From Mobula birostris (taxonomy: Eukaryota): a stretch of 64,000 bases of DNA. Both the position numbers and the translations under genes were made by a program. Under the pieces are notes generated by a model that saw only the letters and a program-made list of their open reading frames with translations, had not been told where the DNA came from and did not search any database. This document shows positions 38,690 to 51,060 of the stretch, piece by piece. The stretch's first letter is position 1, and each line of letters begins with the position of its first letter. The stretch lies in contig NC_092398.1 of the NCBI RefSeq assembly GCF_030028105.1, forward strand, positions 16,248,182 to 16,312,181, in the 5' to 3' direction.

Positions 38690-39322
38690 ATGACCGAGAC
38701 CGCAGCTGCTGAAGTGGCTCCTCCACCGGCGCCTGCCGCTGCAACCAAGGCTCCCAAGAAGAAGAAGGCGGCCGCCCGGACCAAGCCAGCCGGTCCCAAA
38801 CTGGGCGAACAGATCGACAAGATTGTGGCGGATTGCCGCAGTCCCCGAGGGGTGTCCATAGTCGCGATAAAGAAAGAGTTGTCTGCCAACGGCGTCGATG
38901 TGGAAAAGCTCAAAAGTCAGATCAAGATGGTCATTAAAAGGAAATTGGAAAGCGGCTCCCTGATTCACACCAAGGGCGCAGGTGCCTCCGGCTCCTTGAA
39001 GGCCGCTAAAAAGGACAGTGGCGCGAAAATCGTGAAAAAAACGAAGAAACCAGCGGCCAAGACATCTCAGACCAAGAAGCCAGCGATCAAGAAAACTGCG
39101 GCCAAGAAAGCAGCTAAGAAATCTCCCGCCAAGAAACAAAGTGTTAAGAAACCGACGGCTAAAAAAGCGGCTGCTAAGAAACCAGCGGCCAAGAAGGCTG
39201 CGCAGAAGACCAAGAGCCCCAAGAAGATCGCAGCCCCGAAGGTGAAGGCGCCCAAAAAGCCGGCAAAACCCAAACCGAAGGCAAAATCCGTGAAAGCCAA
39301 GAAGACAGCGGCCAAAAAATAA
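38690..39322 (+). CDS. H1: Histone H1 (210 aa), divergent globular domain
   Basis: Intronless ORF MTETAAAE..GVSIVAIKK..DVEK..TKGAGASGSLK with a Lys/Ala/Pro-rich tail containing SPAK and SPKK; H1 box upstream, stem-loop downstream. Confidence 0.97.
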   Translation: MTETAAAEVAPPPAPAAATKAPKKKKAAARTKPAGPKLGEQIDKIVADCRSPRGVSIVAIKKELSANGVDVEKLKSQIKMVIKRKLESGSLIHTKGAGASGSLKAAKKDSGAKIVKKTKKPAAKTSQTKKPAIKKTAAKKAAKKSPAKKQSVKKPTAKKAAAKKPAAKKAAQKTKSPKKIAAPKVKAPKKPAKPKPKAKSVKAKKTAAKK

Positions 39323-39356
39323 ATAAAAATACACATTTTAAACACCTGAAACCAAC

Positions 39357-39372
39357 GGCTCTTTTAAGAGCC
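39357..39372 (+). terminator. Histone 3' stem-loop (H1), with downstream element GAAAGGGCT at 39388-39396
   Basis: GGCTCTTTTAAGAGCC. Confidence 0.97.
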
Positions 39373-39866
39373 ACTCAGATTTTCCACGAAAGGGCTAGAA
39401 AACTTACGGTTGTATAAAGGTCGGGAGGCAACTGGAAGATAGAGGTCTCTCTGCTTTATTTCTCTGACGCCGTCTCCTTAGCTTCCCTCCGTCTCGCGGG
39501 CAGGTCAAAACGGTGTGTGTAAAAGGAGACCGCGGTTTGCCATTGAGCAGCGACTTGGAGACAGAACACATAACAAATTTAAATATTGGGTTGTACTAAA
39601 TGATTTTGTAGATCTATCGAGCAGCATTTCATTTCAGTGTTGATTCCTGTCGTCCTTTTGAAAACTTTTTGCAGCTGTTTTCAGGAAAAGTAATTTAGTA
39701 AATGAATGTATTAAAATCGATTTAAATCCTTTACTTCAAGAAGCTAATCAGTAAAAATGCAAGCATTCAGCTAACCGATTAAAGCTGAAATTTGATAATT
39801 CATGATTTTGTTGTAAGAAAACTGGGTGCTGTTGAAACAAAATTTTCTTTTGTTTACTCTTGGAAT

Positions 39867-40108
39867 TGGCGGGCGATTTGAAATTGAACTGGCATCTAAT
39901 AACTGCAGTCAGATTGGCTAAATTCTGACCAGTCGCAAGTTTCCATATTTGGTCACAGCTAAAATGCCCCACCTCCCACCGCCACCAGCACTGGCCAGCT
40001 TCAAACTGGTGATAGAAAAGCAGCCATTCAGAACGCTAATACTCTGTAATAGACATCTCTCGTACAACCAATCACTGAGTGGGGCGGTCCATCATCGACT
40101 CTTTAAAA
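39867..40108 (+). promoter_or_regulatory. H3 promoter: CDE/CHR-like pair, CCAAT, GC box, TATA-like
   Basis: TGGCGG-N4-TTTGAA 39867-39882, ATTGG 39913-39917, CCAAT 40068-40072, GGGGCGG 40081-40087, TTTAAAA 40102-40108. Confidence 0.7.
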
Positions 40109-40172
40109 CCCAGTTCCCGAGTCTCTGCCGACACTGCAATCCCGGTATTTGAAATTATTTTTAGACTGCTGA

Positions 40173-40589
<417 letters not shown>

Positions 40590-40618
40590 ATCCGGCCTCC
40601 GCACCAAGCACAACAAAA

Positions 40619-40634
40619 GGCTCTTTTAAGAGCC
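40619..40634 (+). terminator. Histone 3' stem-loop (H3), downstream element GAAAGGGCT at 40650-40658
   Basis: GGCTCTTTTAAGAGCC followed by ACCAA. Confidence 0.97.
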
Positions 40635-41479
40635 ACCAATCCGACAGTGGAAAGGGCTGTCACTTCTTTCAGACCGCCACACCATTCCTCTGATATAACC
40701 TCTCCCTCACCGTCAGCGCGTGTTCCTGTCCCACATATCTGTCGTGTACTAATGTTTTCTTGTGGCAAGATTTCCAGGGATTTGTGGTTACTACTGTTAT
40801 CGAGAATGGGCTTTGGTAAATGCAGTCTTAACTTTTAGTACCCAGTCTTATTTCTAGTCGATTCCAGGATAGTTTCACGAGGACACAGTGGTCTGTTGGT
40901 GCTGTCATTCCGGTTCTTTCACACGACTAACTTTTTTTTACCCGTTGCAAACTGGCCTTAGCCCGCAGTTTGATAAGAGAGACCAATGATGACGTTTATT
41001 TACAGACGCAATGAGAATATAAAGTGGATTGGTTTTTGGGAGTTAAATTGTCAGGAATAAAGCAGGCCATTTAGGCTGATACTGAGAAATTATTCCTTCT
41101 CGAATTAATCAGTCAATGCATATTATTGCTGACTACGGTTGTTACTGTTACGGAGAATAGGTTTAATAAATGCAGCTTTCCAGTTCTATTTCTAGTGGAG
41201 TCCATAAAACAGGAGTAGAATCTGGCCCATCGAGTCTGCTCATTCATTCATTCATGGCTGATCGTTTTTGCTTGCTCCTCTCAACCCCAGTTCCCGAGTC
41301 AATGATAGGTTCACGGGGGACAAGTCTGCGGACGCTGGAATTCCGGTTCTTTCACAGAACAACTTTTTTTTTCACGTTACAAACTCTCCTTAGACAGCAG
41401 TTTGCCAAGAGGGACCAGTGCATAATCTGATGAAGTTTCTACCAAGACCGAACACAAATTAATGAGTCAAAACATATGA

Positions 41480-42620
41480 TTGTAGGCTACGGATCAATAA
41501 CTTTTTTGGCTGGCTTTTCAGGTTATCTGGGGAACTGACAGTTATCAAAGGCGCTTTTCTTTCTGCTATCTGTTCTTTGGCAAATAAGACTTATTACGCT
41601 CACCGGAAGAGACTGCGAATTTGATCTCCAGACCCTTGGGGAGTTAATAGGGTATCAATGATTTCTTTTGTATTATGCATTGATTACAAAAGATTTAGAT
41701 GATGTTGTGTTACATATAGCTCTGCTGCCCCTCAGTTTTGAGATGTCTGGGTGTTATTCATGCCCAGGCTTTACATCTGTGTTTTGGTGTAGTTAGGTCT
41801 TCCGTTTCTTCTCTGCGGGAAGAAGTGGGTCAAATGTCATTGCATTTGCAAAGATTGAAGATGGTTGTGAATTATTGGCTAGACTTCAGTGGTCGTGTGG
41901 ATGATCATCCAACTCAGAAAGAATCTTCATCCAATTGATAGATTGGAACTTCAGGTTTGCAAGACTTGCTGTTTTGGGTGGAAAGGAAATGATCAGATAA
42001 CCTGGGACTATCCAATATGAGCATGCTCCTGCATGGCTTTATCCATTATTGTTCCCTGGCTATTTGCTTTACCTGCAGCACATTTGACTCTTCCGGGGAG
42101 GTTGTCAGAATTTGCTGGGTGTGTAAATGAAGAGCTGGTGGTTGCACTGTGGTGCTTCATCAATACGATGGAATGGTTCAATTGTTTACAGATGAGTCTA
42201 AAGGCCCAGTGTCTCATAACACCGGTGCTGCAGTATGTTCCAGCATTTCAGGTGTCAATTAGAAAAAGGTTATCTAATGAACTCCCAGTTTATATTATTA
42301 AAATGGTGGCAATCCTTCTTGTATTGCAGTGGATAGAGAATGTACAGGTAACTGTGTTGTTGTCTGTCCTGATTCCTTCTCTGTATTGCGTTGTCTTAAG
42401 GTGGGTTTATCCAATAGTTGTCCAGGTGTTTTGTTGGAAGTCAGCTGTAGTACTGAGGAATGTATGTCTGCTTTTCTGGGTCACAGCTCATGTCGGTCTG
42501 TATGGAAGTGAAGTAGTTGATAGGTTGGCTAAACAATCCATGAAGGGTAGTGCTCTTGATAACGATAATCCACTAAGTAAGAGAGAGGCAAAGGTTTTAA
42601 ATAAGGATCATGTTCTCTCA
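41480..42620 (+). mobile_element. Nimb/I-clade LINE fragment with RNase H remnant
   Basis: FTDESK, MVAILLVLQWIE, VVCPDSFS and WVTAHVGLYGSEVVDRLAK. Same family as 16640-18745, with a small piece at ~52685-52870. Confidence 0.75.
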
Positions 42621-42984
42621 ATCTATGGAATTTGTTGCCATGGGTGTCAGTGGAGGCCAAGTCATTGGGTGTATTTAAGGCAGAGATTGATATGTATCTG
42701 AGTAGCCAGGGCATCAAAGGTTCTGGTGAGAAGGCGGGGGAGTGGGACTAAATGGGAGAATGGATCAGCTCATGATAAAACAGCAGAGCAGACTCGATGG
42801 GCCAAATGGCTGACTTCTGCTCCTTTCTCTTATGGTCTTATGGAATTAATCTGACAGGGACTGTGGAACATTCAATTGAAGGGGAGACATTTATATGAAA
42901 TTCAGAAAAAAAAATATTAATTCACTATAGAGGAGGTGAGGGCCCAGAAGGGAAGAAGTTACAATTAAACTGGTTTAAATGCCA

Positions 42985-44470
42985 TAAGACATAGGAACAG
43001 AAAAAAGTCATTTGGCCCATCGAGTGTTCTCCACCGTGGCTGATCCATTTCCCTCTCTGCCCCAATCTCCTGCTTTTTCCCTGTAAAACATCAGGGCTTG
43101 ACCAATCAAATATCTATCAAGCTCTTCCTTAAATATACCCAATCACTTTGCCTCCACAGTCACTTGTGGCAATGAATTCCACTGACTCACCACTCTCTAG
43201 CTAAATGCATTTATTTTCATCTTTGTTCTGAATGGACATCCCTCTATTTTAAAGCTGTGACCACTGGCCTCAGACTCCCACACCATAGTAAATATTCTCT
43301 CCTCATTCACTTTATTGAGACCTTTCTACATTTGATAGGTTTCAATGAGGTCACCCCTCATTTTTTGGAATTGAAGTAAGTAGAAGCCCAGAGCATTCAA
43401 ACAGTCTTCATATGTCAAAGCCTTTCTATCCTGGACACATTTTCATGAACTTTCTTTGATTCTTCCACAATGTCAGCACATCCTTTCTGAGATAAGATCC
43501 CCAAAACTACTACAAATGAGACCTTATCGGTGTCTTATAAAACCTCAACATTACATTCTTGCTTTTAAATTCTTGTCCTCCTGAAATGAATGCTAAGATT
43601 GCATTTGCCTTCTTCACTGCCGACTCAACAAGCAAACTAACCTTTAATGGATCCTTCATGAGAACTCCCAAGTCCCTCTTCCTCACAGATTTCTGAATTT
43701 TCTCTCCAATTTGAAGCAGTGTACACTTTTATTTCTTCAACAGAGTACATTACCATACAATTCCCAAATCTGTATTCCATCTGCCACTTCTTCGCTCATT
43801 CTCCAAATTTGTTTAAGTCCTTCTGTAGACTCCTTGCTTCCACAGCACTACCTGCTCCTCCACCTATCTTTATATCATCCACAGACTTAGCAAAAGGCCC
43901 TCAATTCCATCATCTGAATCATTGACATATAGTGTAAAAAGGTGTTCCAACACAGACCTCTGTGGAACCACACTAATCACTGGCAGCACTCCAGAAAAGT
44001 CTCCTTTTATTCATACATTTTGCCTCCTGCCAATCTGCCTATGCTCTATCCACACCAGTATCTTTTTTTCGTAATATCATGGGGGGTGGGGGTCATCTTG
44101 TTCAGCAGCCTCAAGGGTGGAACCTTGTCAAAGGCGTCTGAAAATCTAAATACATAACATTCATCAATTCTCCTTTGTTTATTCTGTTTGTTATCTCTTC
44201 AAAGAATTCCAACAGATTTTCCCTGAAGGAAACCATCCTGTCTTTGGCCGATTTTATCATGTGCTCGCAAGTATCCAACACCACAATCAACTCCAACATC
44301 ATCCCATTCGCTATGGTCAGACTTACTGGCCAATGATTTCCTTTCCTCTGCATCTCTCACTTCTTGAAGAGCGAAGTGATTTTTGCAATTTTCCAGTCCT
44401 CCAGAACCATTCCAGAACCTACTGATTCTTGAAAGATCATTGCTAATGCCTCTACAATCTGTTCAAATGT
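42985..44470 (-). mobile_element. Degenerate CR1 LINE
   Basis: EDWKIAKITSLFKK, NLLEFFEEIT, MYLDFQ and CR1 3' UTR (CCATAAGA tail). Confidence 0.85.
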
Positions 44471-44673
44471 TCTACCTGGCACTGGTTTATACTGATATTC
44501 AATCCTCAGGAAACTCAGCTTGTGTAGAAAAATTAAGTAACATAACAACTTTAATAACATTCTTCATCATGTAAAAACTTCCTCAGAAATCTTTTGCAGT
44601 GACAGCGAAATGCAGGCCCTTTACCCCGCACTCAGCATACCTGCAGAGCAGGCCTTCAACAGACACTGTGGGC

Positions 44674-44689
44674 GGCCCCGAAAAGAGCC
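44674..44689 (-). terminator. Histone stem-loop orphaned from its H2A gene by LTR insertion
   Basis: Minus-strand GGCTCTTTTCGGGGCC (two G-U pairs), about 30 nt after the displaced AGC AAG TGA codons at 44720-44728. Confidence 0.9.
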
Positions 44690-44730
44690 TTTGGGTTCCT
44701 TGTTTCAGGTTCTGTCATTTCACTTGCTGG

Positions 44731-45613
44731 TGTGACAAGAATACACATCGATAAAGATGTTAGCTGTCTTGGGCTGGCACCAGTGGGATCAACTGTTGGT
44801 CTGCCACCTGCCTTCAGGGGAGAGAGAGATAAAGAAAACAATGGAGCAGCATTTGGAGATGTTAATGAAGGGAAGGAGAGCTGTCAAGATCGGCTCCCCC
44901 TTTGAACCCTGAACTGTTTGAAGTGATGGACAGGCGATACCCCAGCAGGGGGATAAAAAGGGGCAGGTTCGCTAAGGCAGGACACACACGACACCCCGAG
45001 GTAACGAGACCCTGGAAGTGGTGCGCCTCTCATAGTCGGTGGGAAGCTTTTGGATGGCTGGTCGCGGGATCAGACCATAGACGCTCAGGGTGGAAAGGCA
45101 CGATCGGTGGGAACCTGGTGTGTGTCCACCCTTGCCTGGGTGCCGGGTTCACCGCAGGGAAACGATCGTATCTGGAAATGGAGGGGTCACGGTCGGTGAC
45201 CTCAGATGACATCACAAAGGGCTCGCCTGAAAGCTGACTGCGAAGGTCTGTGTGGAAGCCGTTTTGAATATTCATTCGTTTTTGCTCTCTCTCTCCTCCC
45301 CCCCCTCCCCCCACTGTCCATCGCCACAGCAGTGCTTACTGCGAACTGAACTGAACTAAATTGAACTGAAGTTTGTATCACTTTGAAACTGGTCATTTAC
45401 CCCTAGACAACGATAGAGCTTGATTGATCCTGTTATCTTAATTCTGTGTACATGTATGTTTATCATTGCTGAACTGTTGCATTCATTATCCTTTTGATTA
45501 GAGTACTGTGTTGCTTGTTTCTTTAATAAAACTTTCTTAGTTCTAGTAATCCAGACTCCAAATGAGTGATCCATTTCTGCTGGTTTGACAACCCAGTTAC
45601 GGGGTACGTAACA
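44731..45613 (+). mobile_element. Solo LTR (883 bp) inserted in the last codons of H2A
   Basis: TGTGACA...CGTAACA termini, 4-bp TSD CTGG (44727-44730, 45614-45617), TATA-like GATAAAA at ~44952, (CTGAA)n, AATAAA 45525-45530. Confidence 0.92.
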
Positions 45614-45987
45614 CTGGCTCCACCAGTTTTCTTGGGCAACAGTATGGCCTGGTTGTTGGGCAGCACCTCGCCCTGAGTGATGGTCACCTCTCCCAGCAGC
45701 TTGTTGAGCTCCTCGTTGTTGCGGACTGCCAGCTGCAGATGCCTGGGGATGATACGGATCTTTTTGTTGCCCCGGGCTGCGTTGCCGGCCAGCTTAAGGA
45801 TTTCAGCCATCAGGTACTCGAGCACAGCAGCCAGATAGACCAAGGCTCCGGCACCCACCCACTCAGCATAGTTACCCTTTCTCAGAAGCCTGTGAACACG
45901 GCCGACCGGGAACTGAAGTCCGGTGCAGGACGAGCGAGACTTGGCCTTGGACTGAACTTTGCCGCCGGATTTTCCACATCCACTCAT
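45523..45987 (-). pseudogene. H2A: Histone H2A copy, open frame fused to 29 LTR-derived residues (154 aa); probably pseudogene
   Basis: No stop or frameshift from ATG 45987, but about 15 substitutions at conserved sites (R3C, R20C, R42W, P48L, E64K, D90N, G106E). Removing the LTR restores KKTGGASK*. Confidence 0.9.
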
Positions 45988-46786
45988 TTTCACAATATCA
46001 GCAATTTTTTTTCACGGAGAGGGAGGAAATGCTTCCGGGTCTCGTTATTCCTGTACCTTCAAGGGGAATGCAGTGAGACATTTATGATTAATGTAACAAG
46101 GGTTACTCTCATAGGATAGAGGAAATGAACCAATCAGAAAGCAGACTTACTTACCAATCAATATCAAACACAAAAGCGCGGAAAATAACTGTTACTCTCC
46201 TAAAAAATTGAAGAGTACCTGCCAAAAATCCTTTGTTCAAACATAATCTAAAATCAAGTCACTACAGTTCTGCTTGTCGACTTCTTCTCCGCATTCACCT
46301 ATTACTAAAGTCCATCACTACTAATCGTTAAGTGTAGCTAATATTGCAGAAGAGTCTGGGGATTTAATTCTACGATTTCCTGGCTCAGATCAAAAATCGA
46401 TTCTGAGCTTCATTTCCCGGTCAGTCCTTGTGTGTGAATTGCACCAGGTTATGAACGAACTCTGACTGTAGTTTTCACAAAATATTGGTGAAAGAACCAC
46501 CTGGCATTGAAATGGGATTCAAAAATTACCAAAAATGGGACAGAAATTAATAAAGCACATACCCTAAGACAATCAAACGAGAAGGAACAGGAAATATCCA
46601 CTTCACTGACACAATTTGTGATTACCGAGATGAAGTGATGAGAAGGAGGGGTCATGTTTCTATGTGTACAGCAATTAAACTGGATGAGAGATTAGGATAA
46701 TACCAACCAGCGGACAGCATATTCTGATTAACATGAATAGGATTTGAATTGGCTCAAGGAGCAGCTCTGTTAGTGAAATACTGAGT

Positions 46787-46802
46787 GGCTCTTAAAAGAG
46801 CC
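46787..46802 (-). terminator. Histone 3' stem-loop (H2B pseudogene)
   Basis: Minus-strand GGCTCTTTTAAGAGCC. Confidence 0.95.
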
Positions 46803-46834
46803 TTTTGGTTTTCAGTTTGTTTTGGCAGCACTCT

Positions 46835-47213
46835 TCACTTGGAGCTGGTGTACTTGGTCACTGCCTTTGTCCCTTCCAATACAGCATGCTTGGCCAGCTC
46901 CCCAGGCAGCAGTAGGCGCACGGCGGTCTGGATCTCCGGGGAGCTGATGGTCGAATGCTTTTTGTAATGGGCTAGTCGGGAAGCCTCACCTGCAATGCAT
47001 TCAATAATGTCATTCACAGATGAGTTCATGATGCTCATGGCCTTGGAAGAGATGCTGGTGTCGGGGTGAACTTGCTTCATCACTTTGTAGATATAGATGC
47101 AGTAACTCTCCTTCCTCAGCCCTCAGCCGCCTGCGCTTCTTGCCAGATTTGCCTGTTGGTTTCTGGAGCACTTTCTGAGCGCCCTTCTAGGGAGCAGGTT
47201 TCTGATCAGGCAT
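46835..47213 (-). pseudogene. H2B: Histone H2B pseudogene
   Basis: MPDQKPAP* (TAG at codon 9), 7-nt GGCTGAG duplication frameshift near 47115-47130, then [30 protein letters not shown]. Confidence 0.95.
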
Positions 47214-47619
47214 TTCTTCAGTCAACTTGAGACCCAGAAATAAGTAGAATAATTTTCGGAGCCAAAATTAAATAGGCAGAACTGACAGCAGAATGGTAAT
47301 AAGACATGGGGAATCTGAGCATATTTCATTAGCTGATGGAAGAGATGACTCTCCCATCGAATTTATTTCGAACAATCCAATCCGTTAACTGGTTATCAGA
47401 AGGAACAAATTGAAATCGCTCACTCCACCAACAGAAACCGCACACATTCAGTTTGACTAACAGTGCGGACTGGGAACCTTGCCAACCAGAGAGAGTTGGG
47501 GTTGAAATTACACAAAGGAAAACAGAAAATATAGATGCACATGGAATAAGAACACATTCTGATGGCAAGTTGAAAGTAAATTTATTATTAAAGTCCAAAT
47601 GACCTGATTTGGTCCAACC

Positions 47620-48275
47620 AAGCAGAATTAACTGCCAAGAAGGCCCACCAGCACCCTTACTTCCTGAGAAAACTGAAGAAATTTGGCCTGTCCCCTAAAA
47701 CCCTCACTAATTTTTATAGATGCACTGTAGAAAACATTCTTCTAGGGTGCATCACAACTGGTATGGAAGTTGTCCTGTCCAAGACCGAAAGAAGCTGCAG
47801 AAGATCGTGAACACAGCGGAGCACATCACACAAACCAATCTTCCATCCTTGGACTCACTTTACACCGCACGCTGTCGGAGCAGTGCTGCCAGGATAATCA
47901 AGGGCATGACCCACCCAGCCAACACACTTTTCATCCTTCTTCCCGCCGGAAAAAGGCTCAGGAGCTTGAAGACTCATATGGCCAGATTTGGGAACAGCTT
48001 CTTTCCAACTGTGATAAGACTGCTGAACGGATCCTGACCCGGATCTGGGCTGTACCCTCCAAATATCCAGACCTGCCTCTCGGTTTTTTCGCGCTACCTT
48101 ACTTTCCATTTTTCTATTTTCTATTTATGATTTATAATTCAAGTTTTTATATTTATAAATTTTTACTATTTTTAATATTTAATATTTGTAATCCAGGGAG
48201 TGGGAAGCGCAGAATCAAATATCGCTGTGATGATTATATGTTCTAGTATCAATTGTTTGGTGACAATAAAGTATA
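47620..48275 (+). mobile_element. Young Rex-Babar-like LINE 3' end nested in an older minus-strand copy (to ~48770)
   Basis: FYRCTVENIL, WYGSC..RKKLQKIVNTA and NSFFPTVIRLLN; ends GACAATAAAG. Confidence 0.85.
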
Positions 48276-48789
48276 TGTCACTATCAACAAGCATAATTTA
48301 TTTTCTTCCAGGCATATTCAATAACTCCACAACAGAATTCTAACCATAATAAAATAAATGGGAGACCGTATCAATTTGGGCATTCAACCAGTGTGCAAAA
48401 GGCATGAAATGTGCAAATACAAAAAGAAATAATAATATTATACAAATAAGCAATATACCTTGAGAACTGGAGGTGAAGAGCCTTTGTAAGTGAGACGTTT
48501 GTGGAAACGTTTCAATGATGAAGGAATTTATCCTCTTTGTTTCAAGAGATGGATGGTTGAGGGATAATAACCATTCCTGAAACTGATGGTCTGAGTCCTG
48601 ATGTTCTTTTATCTTCCTCCTGCTTGCAGTAGTGAGATGAGAGCATATCCTAGGTGGTGGTGGGGGGAACCCGAAGATGGATACTGATTTTTCTAATGGA
48701 ACTAATATTGAGTTTTGCCATTCCAAGTGGTCAATGCAGTTTCCACGAACACATCTGTAGAAGTTTATAGCATATGAAATATTTTAATA

Positions 48790-50640
48790 TAGAAAATGAA
48801 ACATAGAACATAGAAGAATACAGCACAGGAACAGACCATTCGACTAACAATGTTGTGCCAAACCAGCTGAAAGGCAAATCAAAAACACCCAAAGACTAAT
48901 CCCTCCTACCTACACCATGTCCATATCCCTCCATCTTCCTTACAACGATCACGAAAATGCCTCCACAATTTCTTCAGTAACCTCTTTCAGCACCCTGGGG
49001 TGTTTCCCATCTGGTGCAATGACTTACCTACCTTCAGACCTTTCAGTTTCCCAAGAATCTTCTCCCAAGCACTGGCAGCTTCATACACATCTGCCCCTTG
49101 ACACCATCAGACTTCTGACGTACTGTTAGTTAGTGCCTTCCACAGTGAAGACATAAGCAAAACATATTCAGTTCATCCACCATTTCCTTGTGCCCCATTA
49201 TTACTTGTCCAGCATGATTTCACAGCAGTGTGATAACTACTCTCAACTCTCTTTTGCACTTTTCGTAACTGAAGAGACTTCTGGCATTCAATGTAATATT
49301 ATTGGCTAGCTTACCTGCATATTCCATCTTTCCCTGCTTTATGACTTTTTAGTTACATTTTGTTGGGTTTTAAAAGCTTCCCAAAGTTTAACTTCCCATT
49401 AACTTTTGCTCAATTAGTTGCCTTCCCTTTGTTTCTTACGTTGGCTTTCACTTCTCTAGTCAGCCACAGATGTGTCATCCTGCCTTTAAAATATCTCCTC
49501 CTCTTTGGGATACTTATATCTTGCGTCTTCCAGATTTCTCCTAGAGATTCCAACTATTGCTGCTTAGTCTGTTATCCCTGCCAGTGTTCTTTTTCTATCA
49601 ATTTTGCCCTGTTCCTCTCTTATGCTACTGAAATCTCCTTTACTCCACTGTAATATTGATGCATCTGACTTTATGTTCTCCTCAAATTGCAGGGCGAATT
49701 CCATCATTTTATGATCACTAACTAACACCACCTTAAACTATGCGCAAACCTAGCAATGCTCATCCCTTAGTGGGCTCAACCACAAACTTTGCTAAAAAAA
49801 AAAAGAATCTCATAGGCATTCCAGAAATTCCCAACCTGATTTTCCCAATCCACCTGCATATTGAACTCAGCCATAACTATTGCAACATTGCCCTTTTTGC
49901 ATGTATTTTCTATGTGTCATTGTAATTTACAAACTATGTCTGTTTGGAGCCTGTATACAGGGAGTTGTATCTTTGTACTTCCTGAACTCTACCCTCAATA
50001 CTTCATCCCCTGCCAGCCCAATGTCACCTCTTTCTAATCATTTGATTACGTATTTTTTTACGGACAGAGTCACACCACTCCCTTCGCCTACCTGCCTCTC
50101 TTTTAATACAATGTATATCCTCAGACATTAAGCTACCAGCTATAATCTACTTTTAGCTGTGATTCAGTGATGCCAACAATGGGCATATATGCCAATGTGT
50201 AAATGTGCTACAAGTTAATTTACATTATTCTATATACTGCATGCATTCAAATATAACACCTTCAGTCCTGTATTCACCCCTTCCAATTTTGTCCACCTTA
50301 TGCATTGCAAGTCATCCTATTGACTACAATTTTGCTCTCTCATCAGCCCCTCCTTGCTAGCAGTCTGTCTACACACAGCCTCTATTTGAAAACCTACTAC
50401 CTCATCCTCAGCACGATGACTCCAGTTCCCATCCCCCTGACAAATTAGTTTAAACCCTCCAGACCAACTCTAGTAAACCTGCCGGCACGGATATCAGTTC
50501 TTCTTGGGATCAGGTGTCACCCATCCCTTTCATAAATGTCGTACCTTCCCCAGAAGAGATTCTAATGATTGATAAATATGAACCACTGCACTAGTTCCTC
50601 AGCCACGTATTCACTTACCAAATCATCCTATCATCCTTAA
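48790..50640 (-). mobile_element. Degenerate CR1 fragments (ORF1 end, APE, 3' tail)
   Basis: CR1 tail (AACATAGA)n at ~48795-48815; esterase-like YDIYERDG.HL..RTDI.AGRF at ~50470-50545. Confidence 0.75.
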
Positions 50641-50644
50641 TAGT

Positions 50645-51060
50645 GTAACAGAAACTCTCGCAAGCAATATACTCAATGTTAACAGGCACTGTGTGTGTCA
50701 GCAGTCAGTCAAGCTAGTTTTATTTTCTCTGTCGATCAGCTCCCAAACGTTGCTGTTCAGTAATCCTTTGCTACACCCCCACTCATCATCATTACCCCTA
50801 CCACTGTCTGGAGCCCCAAGCTCAGCACCTGTGCTGAGACAGCTCTGGTTTCAGACTCTGTTTCACTGAATTGGTCCCCCATTCTGCTTTCAGACTTTAG
50901 TAGACCGCGGTGTATTCTATCAACCCAGCTGTGTGAGACTCTGCACTTTCGAAGCAGTGAAACTGTCCCATGACAATGAATGAGCTGGTTTAGCAGGAGG
51001 TTAGTGACCAATATCAGTTTTCCTCAGCTAAGAAATTTGAGGGATGAAGAACATGGGGGA
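50645..51060 (-). mobile_element. Degenerate integrase-like relic (copy 3), downstream of the second ZNF gene
   Basis: Reverse complement aligns with 8990-9420 (CTGAAAGCAGAA..AGTGGTAGGGGTAA..GACAGAGAAAA). Confidence 0.4.

Noticed and set aside
38645-39345. Long hydrophobic antisense ORFs (229 aa, 92 aa)
   Set aside because: Mirror images of Lys/Ala codon bias in H1.
42033-42701. 222-aa ORF
   Set aside because: Frame-shifting mosaic of a Nimb RNase H remnant and a CR1 tail; not a coherent protein.
45340-45372. (CTGAA)n short tandem repeat
   Set aside because: Internal LTR microsatellite with no spacers. No CRISPR-like array, tRNA or rRNA gene was recognised anywhere in the window.
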